Positions 19,232 through 29,310 of a DNA stretch of 64,000 bases are shown piece after piece (the first letter of the stretch is position 1; each line of letters opens with the position of its first letter). The notes under the pieces were generated by a model. It was not told the origin of the DNA. It ran no database searches and saw only the letters and a list, made by a program, of their open reading frames with translations. A program made the position numbers and the translations under genes. Location: NCBI GenBank assembly GCA_000991405.1, contig LBRL01000001.1, positions 222,172 to 286,171 of the forward strand, read 5' to 3'. The stretch is from Candidatus Nomurabacteria bacterium GW2011_GWD2_36_14. Lineage in GTDB: Bacteria; Patescibacteriota; Minisyncoccia; Phycocordibacterales; UBA9973.

Positions 19232-20236
19232 TTACTTTTGATTCATAGGGGTCAGGAAGGTGTTGATAGTGGAATCGAGCTTGACGTTACTTACTATCGT
19301 ACTAATTATAAGCCATGCTGACAATGCTATAACATACCCAACAACAGCATTGAGGAGAATATGCTTCACCTTCTCTACTTGTCCAGACTTACCTCCTGCA
19401 GTTAAATACAAGTACCCAGTGTACATAAGTATGAGAGCCATGAGTGGAGTTGCTATAACAAACAAGAGAAACTTGATAGCGTTGTTTATAAGCTTCATAA
19501 AGAAGGTAAAGTCACAAGGAACTTTGTATTGACCTGTCACTTTATCTATATCTCCCGTGTTACACTTCGGAACTATGCCATTACTCTTCATATCTGTAAT
19601 GACAGGGTCTTCGGGAGTATTTGAAGGAGTGGGGGGGACTATTTTACTTAATTCAAAAACATTGAGAGCATTTTTCAAACTTCTCGTTGCATTATCTATA
19701 TCTGACTGTATATAATTTATATCAGCAGGTGCTCCAGCAACGTGTTTGGCATCTTTAATAGCATCACTTAATCTGGCTTTTGATCCTTGAGCATATTCCC
19801 CAGCAGAATACCCTTCGACAGCCTTATCATAAGCATTGTTGGCTTCTGATATCATGCCATTTAGTGCACTGAAATTTAGTGGTACCTTAGGTGTACTAAA
19901 TCCAATTTCGTATGATAGGTTATCGATCTTAACTTTGGCCTTATAGTTAACCCCAGCATCAAGCCCTGAGAAGGAAGCTTCTCCTCCACCCTTCTCATCG
20001 GTAATCAAATCAGCAGTAAGTTGCTTGTGATCTGTGGTATATCCTTTATCTGGAATTATATTAACTTTTGTAACTGTACTTGGAGGAATACCAGAAACTT
20101 TTATAGTAACAGAATTGGAGGTTAGATCTGAATAAGTCATTACTACTCCAGCACTATCCACTATATGAGAAAATGAAATAGCAGACAAAAGTACAAATAT
20201 AAATGCAAATATAAATCCTAGGAATTTTTTATTCAT
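19232..20236 (-). CDS. Secreted protein with a C-terminal VirB2/TrbC-like pilin domain fused to an N-terminal extracellular domain
   Basis: Signal peptide, a roughly 220-aa extracellular region, a Cys pair (KCNTGD...VPCDF), then a helix - AGGKSGQVEK loop - helix. Confidence 0.5.
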   Translation of the reverse strand: MNKKFLGFIFAFIFVLLSAISFSHIVDSAGVVMTYSDLTSNSVTIKVSGIPPSTVTKVNIIPDKGYTTDHKQLTADLITDEKGGGEASFSGLDAGVNYKAKVKIDNLSYEIGFSTPKVPLNFSALNGMISEANNAYDKAVEGYSAGEYAQGSKARLSDAIKDAKHVAGAPADINYIQSDIDNATRSLKNALNVFELSKIVPPTPSNTPEDPVITDMKSNGIVPKCNTGDIDKVTGQYKVPCDFTFFMKLINNAIKFLLFVIATPLMALILMYTGYLYLTAGGKSGQVEKVKHILLNAVVGYVIALSAWLIISTIVSNVKLDSTINTFLTPMNQK

Positions 20237-21539
20237 AAATATTCTTTAAAATAAGATCAAGCTGATTGTAAGCCTTACTTATAGAAGACGAGACCGAAAG
20301 CTTATTTGATAATGAATTCTCTATTAATTCTTTGAATATAGAATCCGTCTGATCCTTATTTGGATCTAGCCATGAGCGAGAAATGATTGCTGAGTCGAAA
20401 AACGTAGACAAATATGGATCTGCTGGCTTGTCTTTCAGTAGAGATCTCGAAGCTGTAGGTAGAGAGGTTCTAATACTTAATTCTTTCAGAAAGGCTGGGT
20501 CGGTCATCATAGCAGATACACTTTGTGCTGTGGCAACATTGGCAGACTTCTTACTTACAAATACAGAGTGAATATTGCCATAAGTACGCCTGATATTCAT
20601 ACCTTTTGTCTGAGGTACCTCTGCCACATTGAAGCTTAAGTTGGGATTTACTGATTCTATATTGAACAATTCACTTCCATAACCAATATAGAAGGCAAGT
20701 TTACCAGAAGTAAACATATCGAGAGAATTTGGCATTGAACGGTTCCATGAATAAGAAACATTTGATGGGTTTGAAAATTCTAAAAAGAAGTTCACTATTT
20801 GCTCCATAGGGTTCGAGCCATCACTTGCAGTGTCCTTGATAGTTGAGCGATAACCTTTATCTACAGGAACGGCAATAGGGTTGTTGCTCTGCAAGAGCAA
20901 CATAGACAGAATGTCTTTGGTATGGTTTACATTATCATACTGACCAAGGGCAATCATACTTTGAGAGATAGTGCCGTCTTTATTCTTCTTGATAAGCTTG
21001 GAGCTTAGATCAAATAATTCATCCCAAGTGGCAGGCGGGTAGACGATGTTTTCATTGGAAAGCATGTCTTTGTTGTAATATAAAACTAGTGGATCCACTA
21101 GTAGAGGGTACCCTAGGACCCCATTCTGTGTTAGATAAATACTGGCACCATCTATAAATGTATTATCGAAAGCTTTCTTGGGATAACTAGTGAAAGGAAT
21201 AGTGGAAGTGAAATTCACATTTCGAAGAACCATGTCTGAAGGAAGTATGAATAAATCTGGACCCTGATCCTTCGCAAAGGCTTCTATAAGGTTCTGCTCA
21301 TAATTTTCACTTTTCTGTTCAACATATGAGACCGAGAGTTCTGGATTGGATCCATTTATGCTTTTGAATAATTCTCCAACTTCTCTATCTGGAAGTATTC
21401 CCCAAATAATTACTTTTCCTGAAATGCCATTGACGCCGCTTGAGCCACCACCGATCTTGAGAATGCCAGAAAATATAAGAACTCCAAAAACAAAGAAGGC
21501 TAGAAATATGGCAACTAAAATTGTTTGAAAATTATTCAT
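20229..21539 (-). CDS. Membrane-anchored extracellular solute-binding protein (SBP_bac_1-like), orphan
   Basis: N-terminal TM helix. VIIWGILPDREVGELFKSINGSNPELSVSYVEQ...PDLFIL matches an ABC sugar-SBP N-lobe. Confidence 0.55.
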   Translation of the reverse strand: MNNFQTILVAIFLAFFVFGVLIFSGILKIGGGSSGVNGISGKVIIWGILPDREVGELFKSINGSNPELSVSYVEQKSENYEQNLIEAFAKDQGPDLFILPSDMVLRNVNFTSTIPFTSYPKKAFDNTFIDGASIYLTQNGVLGYPLLVDPLVLYYNKDMLSNENIVYPPATWDELFDLSSKLIKKNKDGTISQSMIALGQYDNVNHTKDILSMLLLQSNNPIAVPVDKGYRSTIKDTASDGSNPMEQIVNFFLEFSNPSNVSYSWNRSMPNSLDMFTSGKLAFYIGYGSELFNIESVNPNLSFNVAEVPQTKGMNIRRTYGNIHSVFVSKKSANVATAQSVSAMMTDPAFLKELSIRTSLPTASRSLLKDKPADPYLSTFFDSAIISRSWLDPNKDQTDSIFKELIENSLSNKLSVSSSISKAYNQLDLILKNIYE

Positions 21540-21540
21540 A

Positions 21541-22083
21541 TTATTCTCGTATGAAAATTATACCATAATGATGTTCATTTGTAGTAATTTTCTCGACAAA
21601 TTTGAAACCTCTTTTGGTAAATAAGTCAGTCGCTACATTTGGAAGTACTACATGCTCTTCGCTTGGACCCATACCACTAAATGAAGAGGCCCAATCTATA
21701 AATAAAACCTTGCCACCATTTTTCAGTATTCTACTTGCTTCATCTATCAGGCCTATTTTGTCCTCCGCTTGAAATAAAACATTGGCAACAATAACCGCAT
21801 CCATAGAGTGATCGGCAATCTTGGTACCATGAAGCTTCTCAATGTTACCCCAAATACATTCTACATTAGAAACTTTCCATTCTTTAATCTCGCTTTCAAG
21901 CTTCTTCACTAAACCTTTCTGGACTTCTACTGCGTAGACGTGCCCTGTATGACCAACGTGCCGACTTGAAGCCAAAGAATACGCTCCCGTACCTGCTCCA
22001 AAGTCTGCAACACGCATACCTTCCATTAATCCTAATTGAGCGACATTTTTTTCTGGATTTGAAAACATATATTTATTATACAC
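21541..22083 (-). CDS. Class I SAM-dependent methyltransferase
   Basis: VADFGAGTGAYS motif I and NGGKVLFIDW. Confidence 0.7.
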   Translation of the reverse strand: MYNKYMFSNPEKNVAQLGLMEGMRVADFGAGTGAYSLASSRHVGHTGHVYAVEVQKGLVKKLESEIKEWKVSNVECIWGNIEKLHGTKIADHSMDAVIVANVLFQAEDKIGLIDEASRILKNGGKVLFIDWASSFSGMGPSEEHVVLPNVATDLFTKRGFKFVEKITTNEHHYGIIFIRE

Positions 22084-22204
22084 CAGATAGATAATTTTTA
22101 AAACAAATATTTATCCGCCTAAATTTTTTATTTAATAATATTTATATACTAATTTATGTGTTTGTAAAAATTTGGGCGGATTTATTAAATTATTTTATAT
22201 ATTC

Positions 22205-24664
22205 TTACAAACAAGCAATAGATGCGATGGAGTCCCCTGCGTGAAGCTTCATGATGGTCACTCCTTGAGTCTGACGTCCAGAAGTAGGAATAGACTTCAA
22301 GTCGACACGTATAACTTGACCCTTCTGTGAGACTGCTATAATTTCATTCTCTTCTCCTACTATCTTAGCGACGATAAGCTTGCCCGTCTTGGGAGTAACT
22401 TTCGCAGTTTTAATTCCTGATCCTCCACGATTCTGAGTTTTGTATTCTTTGATGTTTGTCTTCTTACCTAAACCATTGGCAGACAAAGTAAGTAGAGCCA
22501 AGGCTGTCTCTCCCTTTGGAATTCTGTCTACTCCTATTACGAAGTCCCCTTTACCAAGCTTCATGGCACGAACACCACCGGCACTTCTGCCCATCTCACG
22601 TACATCACTTTCTTTAAATCGGATGGATTGACCCAAGGTCGTTGCAAGCATAACGTCGTCCCCTTTAGTAATAGCCAAGACCGCCTCAAGTTCGTCTTCC
22701 TTGTCTAGCTTGATAGCTATCAAGCCACTTCGGCGTACATCCTTGAAGCTCTCAGCTCCTACTTTCTTAGTAACACCCATCTTGGTAACCATCATCAAGT
22801 GTTCTACTGTCTTCTTGGTTTCTTTGTCTATCGGCAGTATGGAAGTCACCTTCTCGTCACCTTCAAGGGCCATGAAGTTCATAATAGACTTGCCTTTGGT
22901 AGCACGCTTGCCTTCTGGTATGTCGTACATCTTTATCTGGTAAGCCTTACCTCTATTTGTAAAGAATAGTAAGTCCGAGTGGGTATTGGCAGATACGAAC
23001 ATTGTCACGAAGTCTTCTTCCTTCGTTTCAATATCGACGACTCCTACTCCACCACGTTTCTGAATCTTGTACTCTCCTGGGTCGGTGCGCTTCACATAGC
23101 CACCTTTCGTATAAACCAAGACAGACTCTTTCTCAGGAATCAGGTCTTCTTCGTTGATAGCCTTGACTCCACCCTTTATAATGCGAGTACGTCTATCATC
23201 TGCATACTTTTCCTTTATGTCCGCTAGTTCTTCTCCAATGACTTTCAACATTTTCTTTGGACTTGCTAGTAATGCTTCAAGCTCTTTGATAAGCTCTTGC
23301 TTCTCTTTCAATTCTAATTCAATATTCTTCCTTTCAAGTCCAGCAAGCTTCTGAAGTTTCATTTCGAGAATGGCTGTTGCCTGCAAGTCAGAGAATTTGA
23401 ATTCTTTCATTAGGTTGATCTTGGCTGTCGCTGTATCTTTCGATCCACGGATTACAGTAATAACTCGATCAATATGATCAAGAGCCTTCTTGAGTCCTAG
23501 AAGTATATGTTCGCGGTCTTTAGCTTTCTTCAGATCAAATTCTGTACGACGACGAACTATCACAACTCTGTGATCTATGAATTCAGAAAGCAAACTCTTG
23601 AGTGAGAGAGTCTGTGGAGTGCCGTCGACAAGTGCCACAATGTTAAAGTTGAATGATTGCTCTAGTTGTGTATGCTTGTAAATGTAATTTAAAACTTTCT
23701 CTGGTATCACTCCAGACTTCAGATCAATAGCGATACGGATATCCTTTGTCGATTCATCACGAAGACCCTTGATACCTTCAAGCTTCTTCTCTTGTATCAG
23801 TGCTGCGATTGATTCAATCAGATTTGATTTATTTACACGGTAAGGAATAGAAGTAATAATAATCTGAAATGTTCCAGACTTTTGCTCTACTATCTCAGCT
23901 TCACCACGAGTAACTACTCCGCCACGTCCAGTAGAATAAGCATGTAGCAAGTCAGCCTGTCCATAAGCAATACCTCCCATAGGGAAGTCAGGACCTTTGA
24001 TGAATTGCATGAGGTCTTCTGTTGTGGCGTCTTTGTTGTCTATCAAGTGAAGAGTCGCATCCACCACTTCTCCTAAGTTGTGTGGAGGTATGTTGGTAGC
24101 CATACCAACTGCAATACCAAGTGTGCCATTTAGAAGTAAGCTAGGAACAGCTGTAGGGAGGACAGCTGGCTCCTTGCGAGTCTGGTCGTAGTTCGGATGA
24201 AAGTCTACTGTTTCTTTTTCTAAATCTAAAAGAAGAAGAGATGAGAGCTTGGACATCTTGGCTTCTGTATAACGCATAGCAGCTGCTCCGTCACCATCAA
24301 TAGAGCCAAAGTTACCTTGTCCATGAATTAGAGGATATCTATAAGAAAAGTCTTGAGCCATACCTACCATCGAATCATAGACAGCTACATCGCCATGAGG
24401 ATGATACTTTCCGAGCACATCTCCGACTACCGCCGCAGACTTACGAAAGCGTGCCGACGAAGTGAGCCCCATTTCATTCATAGCATAGAGGATTCTTCGG
24501 TGAACTGGCTTAAGCCCATCACGGACATCAGGTAAAGCACGATCAGTAATAACTGACATGGCATAGTCAATGAAAGACTCTTTCATTTCTTTACTTATGT
24601 CTACAGAGATTACATTCACGTGTTCTTTTTTTATTTCTTCTTTTTCTACTTTTTCTTTGGGCAT
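22205..24664 (-). CDS. gyrA: DNA gyrase subunit A
   Basis: [21 protein letters not shown]; 819 aa with C-terminal beta-pinwheel repeats. Confidence 0.95.
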   Translation of the reverse strand: MPKEKVEKEEIKKEHVNVISVDISKEMKESFIDYAMSVITDRALPDVRDGLKPVHRRILYAMNEMGLTSSARFRKSAAVVGDVLGKYHPHGDVAVYDSMVGMAQDFSYRYPLIHGQGNFGSIDGDGAAAMRYTEAKMSKLSSLLLLDLEKETVDFHPNYDQTRKEPAVLPTAVPSLLLNGTLGIAVGMATNIPPHNLGEVVDATLHLIDNKDATTEDLMQFIKGPDFPMGGIAYGQADLLHAYSTGRGGVVTRGEAEIVEQKSGTFQIIITSIPYRVNKSNLIESIAALIQEKKLEGIKGLRDESTKDIRIAIDLKSGVIPEKVLNYIYKHTQLEQSFNFNIVALVDGTPQTLSLKSLLSEFIDHRVVIVRRRTEFDLKKAKDREHILLGLKKALDHIDRVITVIRGSKDTATAKINLMKEFKFSDLQATAILEMKLQKLAGLERKNIELELKEKQELIKELEALLASPKKMLKVIGEELADIKEKYADDRRTRIIKGGVKAINEEDLIPEKESVLVYTKGGYVKRTDPGEYKIQKRGGVGVVDIETKEEDFVTMFVSANTHSDLLFFTNRGKAYQIKMYDIPEGKRATKGKSIMNFMALEGDEKVTSILPIDKETKKTVEHLMMVTKMGVTKKVGAESFKDVRRSGLIAIKLDKEDELEAVLAITKGDDVMLATTLGQSIRFKESDVREMGRSAGGVRAMKLGKGDFVIGVDRIPKGETALALLTLSANGLGKKTNIKEYKTQNRGGSGIKTAKVTPKTGKLIVAKIVGEENEIIAVSQKGQVIRVDLKSIPTSGRQTQGVTIMKLHAGDSIASIACL

Positions 24665-24665
24665 A

Positions 24666-24995
24666 TTAGTTAGTATATTCTACTGGTATTAAATCTATTT
24701 GCTTTTGATTCTCTTCTACTACTGGCTCTTCCTTCTTAACTTCAGTAGCTTTCGGAGTGTTACCTACACTTGCTCCTATATTCTGGAAAGTGCTGGAAAG
24801 TGTATTAGAGAAAAGTTTAAATGGCTTAATGTCTTCATTGGCTTGAACTGCAACTTCTGGATTACCGAATCTAACACCTAAGCCATAAACCCAGATAAGA
24901 CCCACAATGGACATAGATACAATCATAGCCCCTGCAAATATTTGCTTGCGTTTACCTTCATCTTTTGCTTGTAATTTTTTTATATATTGTCGCAT
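24666..24995 (-). CDS. Hypothetical membrane protein
   Basis: ORF with one TM helix. Confidence 0.4.
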   Translation of the reverse strand: MRQYIKKLQAKDEGKRKQIFAGAMIVSMSIVGLIWVYGLGVRFGNPEVAVQANEDIKPFKLFSNTLSSTFQNIGASVGNTPKATEVKKEEPVVEENQKQIDLIPVEYTN

Positions 24996-25007
24996 GTAAA
25001 TTTAAAA

Positions 25008-25634
25008 TTATGATGATAATACTACAATCTCACCTTCGCGACCGACGACGTCTTTCGCTTTAAGAGTGAGTTTATCTATGGCCTCTACTTTATCTTGACC
25101 TCCTTCTTTGAGGAATGCTTTCAGTGTCTTATCGTCGTAATCCATAGGTATGATAATCTTGGGCTCTAAAGAAACAGCAAGCTTGTAAGCTTCACTTGGA
25201 TCAAGTAAATCATGGTTGCCGATAGGAACAAACAATATATCAGGGCTACCTATATCTCCGCGAATTTCTGCGGAAATTTTGTTGTGAGACATACAGCCAA
25301 GGAAGCAAATTGATATATTGTCTATAGTAAAAGAATAAATAGTATTGATATATTTTTTCTCTTCTAGTGTTGATTCTGTCATTATTCCTTTTATAAAAAT
25401 GTCCTTGATCTCATAGTCTCCGGGACCCTTAACTGCAAATGGTACCGTCTCTCCATGTGAGACCATATCAAAGCCATTGTAGTCTGGATGGTTGGTAGTA
25501 GAAAGTGCAATATCTGAGCCAAAGCGTGAGCCCTTGGCATCTCCCTTAGAATCTTTGCTGATAGGATTAACCGCCACAACCAAGTCCCCTTGCTGAATTT
25601 TGAAAAACTGTTTACCGAAGTATGTGATAATCAT
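25008..25634 (-). CDS. MBL-fold metal-dependent hydrolase (UPF0173-like)
   Basis: The N-terminal ITYFGKQFF pattern and overall size resemble the beta-lactamase-fold hydrolase family. Confidence 0.5.
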   Translation of the reverse strand: MIITYFGKQFFKIQQGDLVVAVNPISKDSKGDAKGSRFGSDIALSTTNHPDYNGFDMVSHGETVPFAVKGPGDYEIKDIFIKGIMTESTLEEKKYINTIYSFTIDNISICFLGCMSHNKISAEIRGDIGSPDILFVPIGNHDLLDPSEAYKLAVSLEPKIIIPMDYDDKTLKAFLKEGGQDKVEAIDKLTLKAKDVVGREGEIVVLSS

Positions 25635-25720
25635 ATGTGTATTATATCAAATATAAATAAAAAAGAAAGACAAAAAACAGTCCAAAACGTAATATAAACA
25701 CCATATCCCCTCAAAATCCT

Positions 25721-25746
25721 CAGATAGGGGCTCAACCCCTATCTGG
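25721..25746. repeat. REP-like GC hairpin, copy A; the transposase stop codon lies in its loop
   Basis: cagataggggctcaacccctatctgg. Confidence 0.8.
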
Positions 25747-26436
25747 CAAACTCTCTATAACAACATTCAAATTTTCATCTTCAAGAAGAGATTTCTTTCC
25801 TCTTTCTTCTCTCACTATAGAAACTATTTCATCACAATGTTTTTTAAACTTATTTATTCCTCTAAAGATTTCTAAAATTCTTTTCCCTTCTTTTTTAGAT
25901 ATTATATTGAACTTATTATTTTCATACTCAAAATCTCCCGAGAAAACTAAATCACTTTTGTTTTCTGGAATATTATGAATTAAATAATTTTTATTTACAT
26001 AGCCTATCAATTTATTAAAATAATTATCATTAGCTATCAATTGAGATTTAAATCTACCTTGAAATAAAACTCCAGATCTAGTGTTTTTAATATTAAAATA
26101 TGAAGTATAACCACCAGATAACTTATGCATAAATTTAGAAATACCATTATCTGAAACTTGTTTTAAAATCAAATGAAAATGGTTGGGATTTAAACAATAC
26201 CCTACTACTTCCACTAGTGATTCCCCAGATAGGGGCTCAACCCCTATCTGGGGATTTGATTTTAATTTTCGCAAATTTGCTAGACTATTTATTTTATCTT
26301 CTCGATTAAATTCTTTTATGCTTTCGATAAAGCGATAAATATCATTTTTATCAGTAAAAATATCTCGTTTATCTACCCCGCGATTATAAATATGATACAT
26401 CTCTCCTGTTATTAGAGGTTGTCTTCTTATACTCAT
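25732..26436 (-). CDS. IS200/IS605-type HUH Y1 transposase (RAYT-like)
   Basis: MYHIYNRGVDKRDIF, HFHLIL (HUH), GVLFQGRFKS. Contains an in-frame REP hairpin insertion. Confidence 0.75.
   Translation of the reverse strand: MSIRRQPLITGEMYHIYNRGVDKRDIFTDKNDIYRFIESIKEFNREDKINSLANLRKLKSNPQIGVEPLSGESLVEVVGYCLNPNHFHLILKQVSDNGISKFMHKLSGGYTSYFNIKNTRSGVLFQGRFKSQLIANDNYFNKLIGYVNKNYLIHNIPENKSDLVFSGDFEYENNKFNIISKKEGKRILEIFRGINKFKKHCDEIVSIVREERGKKSLLEDENLNVVIESLPDRG
26223..26253. repeat. REP-like GC hairpin, copy B, inside the transposase ORF in frame (encodes PQIGVEPLSGE)
   Basis: ccccagataggggctcaacccctatctgggg. Confidence 0.8.
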
Positions 26437-26463
26437 ATTTTTACTATACTATATTTATAATCT

Positions 26464-26491
26464 TCCAGATAGGGGTTGAGCCCCTATCTAG
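26464..26491. repeat. REP-like GC hairpin, copy C (inverted orientation)
   Basis: ccagataggggttgagcccctatctagg. Confidence 0.8.
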
Positions 26492-26508
26492 GAGAATTAG
26501 ATAACTAT

Positions 26509-27138
26509 TTATTCAACTTTTGAGTATCTGTTTTCTATATAATTATTAAAATCAGGATTATATTTTTTTATCATTTCCATAATTTTTTCTTTATCTTCCT
26601 TGCTTTTATTTTTCAATAATAAAATTAATGTATTCTTCATAACATAATCTAGACTTCTGTCTGTATATCCCAATATTAAATCGAGTGCTTTTTCTTCGTT
26701 TTCTTCGTTACCTTCGAGTATATACAAGCTTGCCACTAAGTCTGGACGACTATCAGGAAGATTCAAGGCAAATACCAGCGCTTGTTCTATCTCCTTTTTG
26801 TTTTGATTTTTTTTATTATCTTCAATAACATCTTCTATAAAATTAGTATGGCTAAAATAAGTTTCTCCTTTTAATCCTTTTCTGGCCATCCACATCATAA
26901 ATGGATCATCCTTTATATTTTTCTTTTTTTCAGGCGTTATTGCATTTTCAGGTATCGGCTCACCAGATGATATTTTGTTTATATCATTAATTAATTCTGG
27001 TGGAGTAGTTTGTGGAGGAATTTCAGGCTTATTAATTTTAAATTCAGGGCCTTTCATACACATATTATATCTTTTATATATAAGTAAAGCAAAATATAAA
27101 CAGTGTATTCTGTCAAATTCCTTGATTAATATGCACAT
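26509..27138 (-). CDS. Hypothetical protein (start uncertain; internal Met candidates)
   Basis: ORF only. Confidence 0.4.
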   Translation of the reverse strand: MCILIKEFDRIHCLYFALLIYKRYNMCMKGPEFKINKPEIPPQTTPPELINDINKISSGEPIPENAITPEKKKNIKDDPFMMWMARKGLKGETYFSHTNFIEDVIEDNKKNQNKKEIEQALVFALNLPDSRPDLVASLYILEGNEENEEKALDLILGYTDRSLDYVMKNTLILLLKNKSKEDKEKIMEMIKKYNPDFNNYIENRYSKVE

Positions 27139-27256
27139 ATATAGTATAGTAGTTAAATTATCAGCCAGATTGGAATATAACCCTTATTACTAAAGGATAT
27201 TTAGTAAAAGAAATCCAAGCTGTGCCGCAATAGTGCGGTTTTTTTAGTACAAAAAT

Positions 27257-28390
27257 ATGAAAAAAGACGAAAATGATGTAGTTTCAAACATCGCAGAACA
27301 TGCAAAAATTGAACTCTCAAGTATTGGTAAAATGCTTGATAAAGCAGAAATTCCACCACAAGTGGATGCTCTAGTAGAAGGCCCTGTAATATCTATACAG
27401 AAGTCTTCAGTCTATATCGACCTAGCCCCTTTTGGGACAGGTATAATATATGGACGTGAATTTATAAATGCAAAAGATATTATCAAAAAGATAAATATTG
27501 GAGATGTTGTGAAGGCTAAAGTTGTCGATACGGACAATGAAGATGGTTACATCGAACTTTCTTTGAAGGAGGCCAAGCAAGCTCTTATATGGAGTGAAGC
27601 CGACAAAGCTATCAAGTCCAAAGTTGCTCTTGAACTTACAGTCAAGGAAGCAAACAAGGGAGGACTTATACTCGACTGGCAAGGTATCGCAGGATTCCTT
27701 CCAGCTTCTCAGCTTAAGAGTGAGCACTACCCTCGCGTAGAAGATTCCGATAAAGATAAAATTTTGAAAGCTTTGAAAATGCTCGTGGGTAAGCGTATCA
27801 GTGTAGTCATGATCTCAGCTCTTCCAAAAGAAGGCAAGCTTATCTTCTCTGAGAAAGACAACAATCCAGAAGAAAGAAAAGAAATTATTGGTAAGTATGG
27901 AGTAAACGACGAGATAGAGTGTACCGTCGCTGGAATTGTAGACTTCGGAGTCTTCCTAAAGGTAGAAGAAGGTCTAGAAGGTCTAGTGCACATATCTGAG
28001 ATTGACTGGGGCCTAGTAGAAGATCCACGTTCAATGTTCAAAGTTGGAGACAAGATAAGAGCTAAAATCATAGATATCAAAGATGGTAAAATATCTCTAT
28101 CTATCAAGGCTCTTAAGGAAAATCCATGGAATGAATTTGAAGGAACACTTAAGAAGGGAGACATCGTTTCTGGAGTCGTTATCAAGTTCAACAAGCATGG
28201 CGCTCTAGTATCTATCAAGCAAGGAGTGGCTGGACTTGTCCACAATTCAAGCTTTGGCTCTGAAGAGAAGCTCAAGAAGACTCTTGAACTAGGCAAGACT
28301 TACAACTTCCAAGTAACACTATTCGAACCAAAAGATCAGAGAATGACTTTAGTGCACCTAGATAGCGAAAAGAAAGTGGAAGAAAAGTAA
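27257..28390 (+). CDS. rpsA: 30S ribosomal protein S1 (short, four S1 domains)
   Basis: Repeated S1 OB-fold modules (GDVVKAKV..., GDKIRAKI..., GDIVSGVV...). Confidence 0.85.
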   Translation: MKKDENDVVSNIAEHAKIELSSIGKMLDKAEIPPQVDALVEGPVISIQKSSVYIDLAPFGTGIIYGREFINAKDIIKKINIGDVVKAKVVDTDNEDGYIELSLKEAKQALIWSEADKAIKSKVALELTVKEANKGGLILDWQGIAGFLPASQLKSEHYPRVEDSDKDKILKALKMLVGKRISVVMISALPKEGKLIFSEKDNNPEERKEIIGKYGVNDEIECTVAGIVDFGVFLKVEEGLEGLVHISEIDWGLVEDPRSMFKVGDKIRAKIIDIKDGKISLSIKALKENPWNEFEGTLKKGDIVSGVVIKFNKHGALVSIKQGVAGLVHNSSFGSEEKLKKTLELGKTYNFQVTLFEPKDQRMTLVHLDSEKKVEEK

Positions 28391-28406
28391 TTAAAAATTA
28401 TGAATT

Positions 28407-28437
28407 AAAAATGCGTTGGCTTTGCCAACGCATTTTT
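28407..28437. terminator. Bidirectional terminator between rpsA and pth
   Basis: aaaaatgcgttggctttgccaacgcattttt. Confidence 0.75.
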
Positions 28438-28470
28438 AATTTCTGTATTTAAATTATTAATTATTAATTC

Positions 28471-29058
28471 CTAATTATATAATGTCATCGCTTTATCTTT
28501 CCCTTCGGCAGAAATCATTACGATGATTTCTGCGACTTTTTTGGATAAATTTTTTATAGTTTTCAATTCGTCTTCTTTGAAAGATCCGAGAAGGAATTTA
28601 ATAACGGCTTCCTCTCCTTTTGGTTTTCGTAATTTACCCGCAGAAGTCACCACAGAAACACCAATACGAATGCGAACGAATTCTTTTGACTTTACTCTCT
28701 TGATCACAGATTCAAGCCCATTGTGCCCACCAGAGCTTCTATCGTAAGATATTTTCAAGCTCCCTAGAGGTAAGTCTATATCGTCATAAACAACTACTAA
28801 ATTCTTTAGCTTCTTTTTATCATCAATGATTCCACAAACTGCATTACCCGAATTGTTCATGAAGGTATTGGGCAAAAGAAATTCTACCTTCTCCTCATCA
28901 AGTTCCCCTTTGGAGCGAAGTGATTTTAATTTCATGTCATCCTTCCAATCTGGAAAGTTATTTGCTTTTGCAATTTTCTCTAGAATAATTCTCCCCGTAT
29001 TGTGACGAGTATTCTCATATTCTTTCCCTGGATTTCCGAGCCCTACTATTAGTACCAT
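28471..29058 (-). CDS. pth: Peptidyl-tRNA hydrolase
   Basis: LIVGLGNPG...YENTRHN. Confidence 0.9.
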   Translation of the reverse strand: MVLIVGLGNPGKEYENTRHNTGRIILEKIAKANNFPDWKDDMKLKSLRSKGELDEEKVEFLLPNTFMNNSGNAVCGIIDDKKKLKNLVVVYDDIDLPLGSLKISYDRSSGGHNGLESVIKRVKSKEFVRIRIGVSVVTSAGKLRKPKGEEAVIKFLLGSFKEDELKTIKNLSKKVAEIIVMISAEGKDKAMTLYN

Positions 29059-29131
29059 GTTTTTATATTACCATAATATAAGTTGTTCGTGAAATAAATT
29101 ACTTTTAAGATAAAATTACGAAAACAAAATA

Positions 29132-29205
29132 GTTCTTGAAAAATGCCTCACGCAGGTCGACGGACCGAGTGCGAGCAAAAAATTCAGCAGAATTTTATTG
29201 CGTGG
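29132..29205 (-). repeat. GC-rich intergenic repeat family, copy 3 (orientation B)
   Basis: agttcttgaaaaatgcctcacgcaggtcgacggaccgagtgcgagcaaaaaattcagcagaattttattgcgtgg. Confidence 0.7.
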
Positions 29206-29310
29206 ATTTTGAAAGAAGCTATTTTGTTGAAGTAATTTTATTCGTAATACTACCACACCACACAAAAACATATTCCGTCAAGATAGTTTGTGTGGTAAAA
29301 TGACAGACAT

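Noticed and set aside
22118-22190. Inverted repeat atccgcctaaattttt...aaaatttgggcggat after gyrA
   Set aside because: Most simply a gyrA terminator with a large loop; nothing further supports another function.
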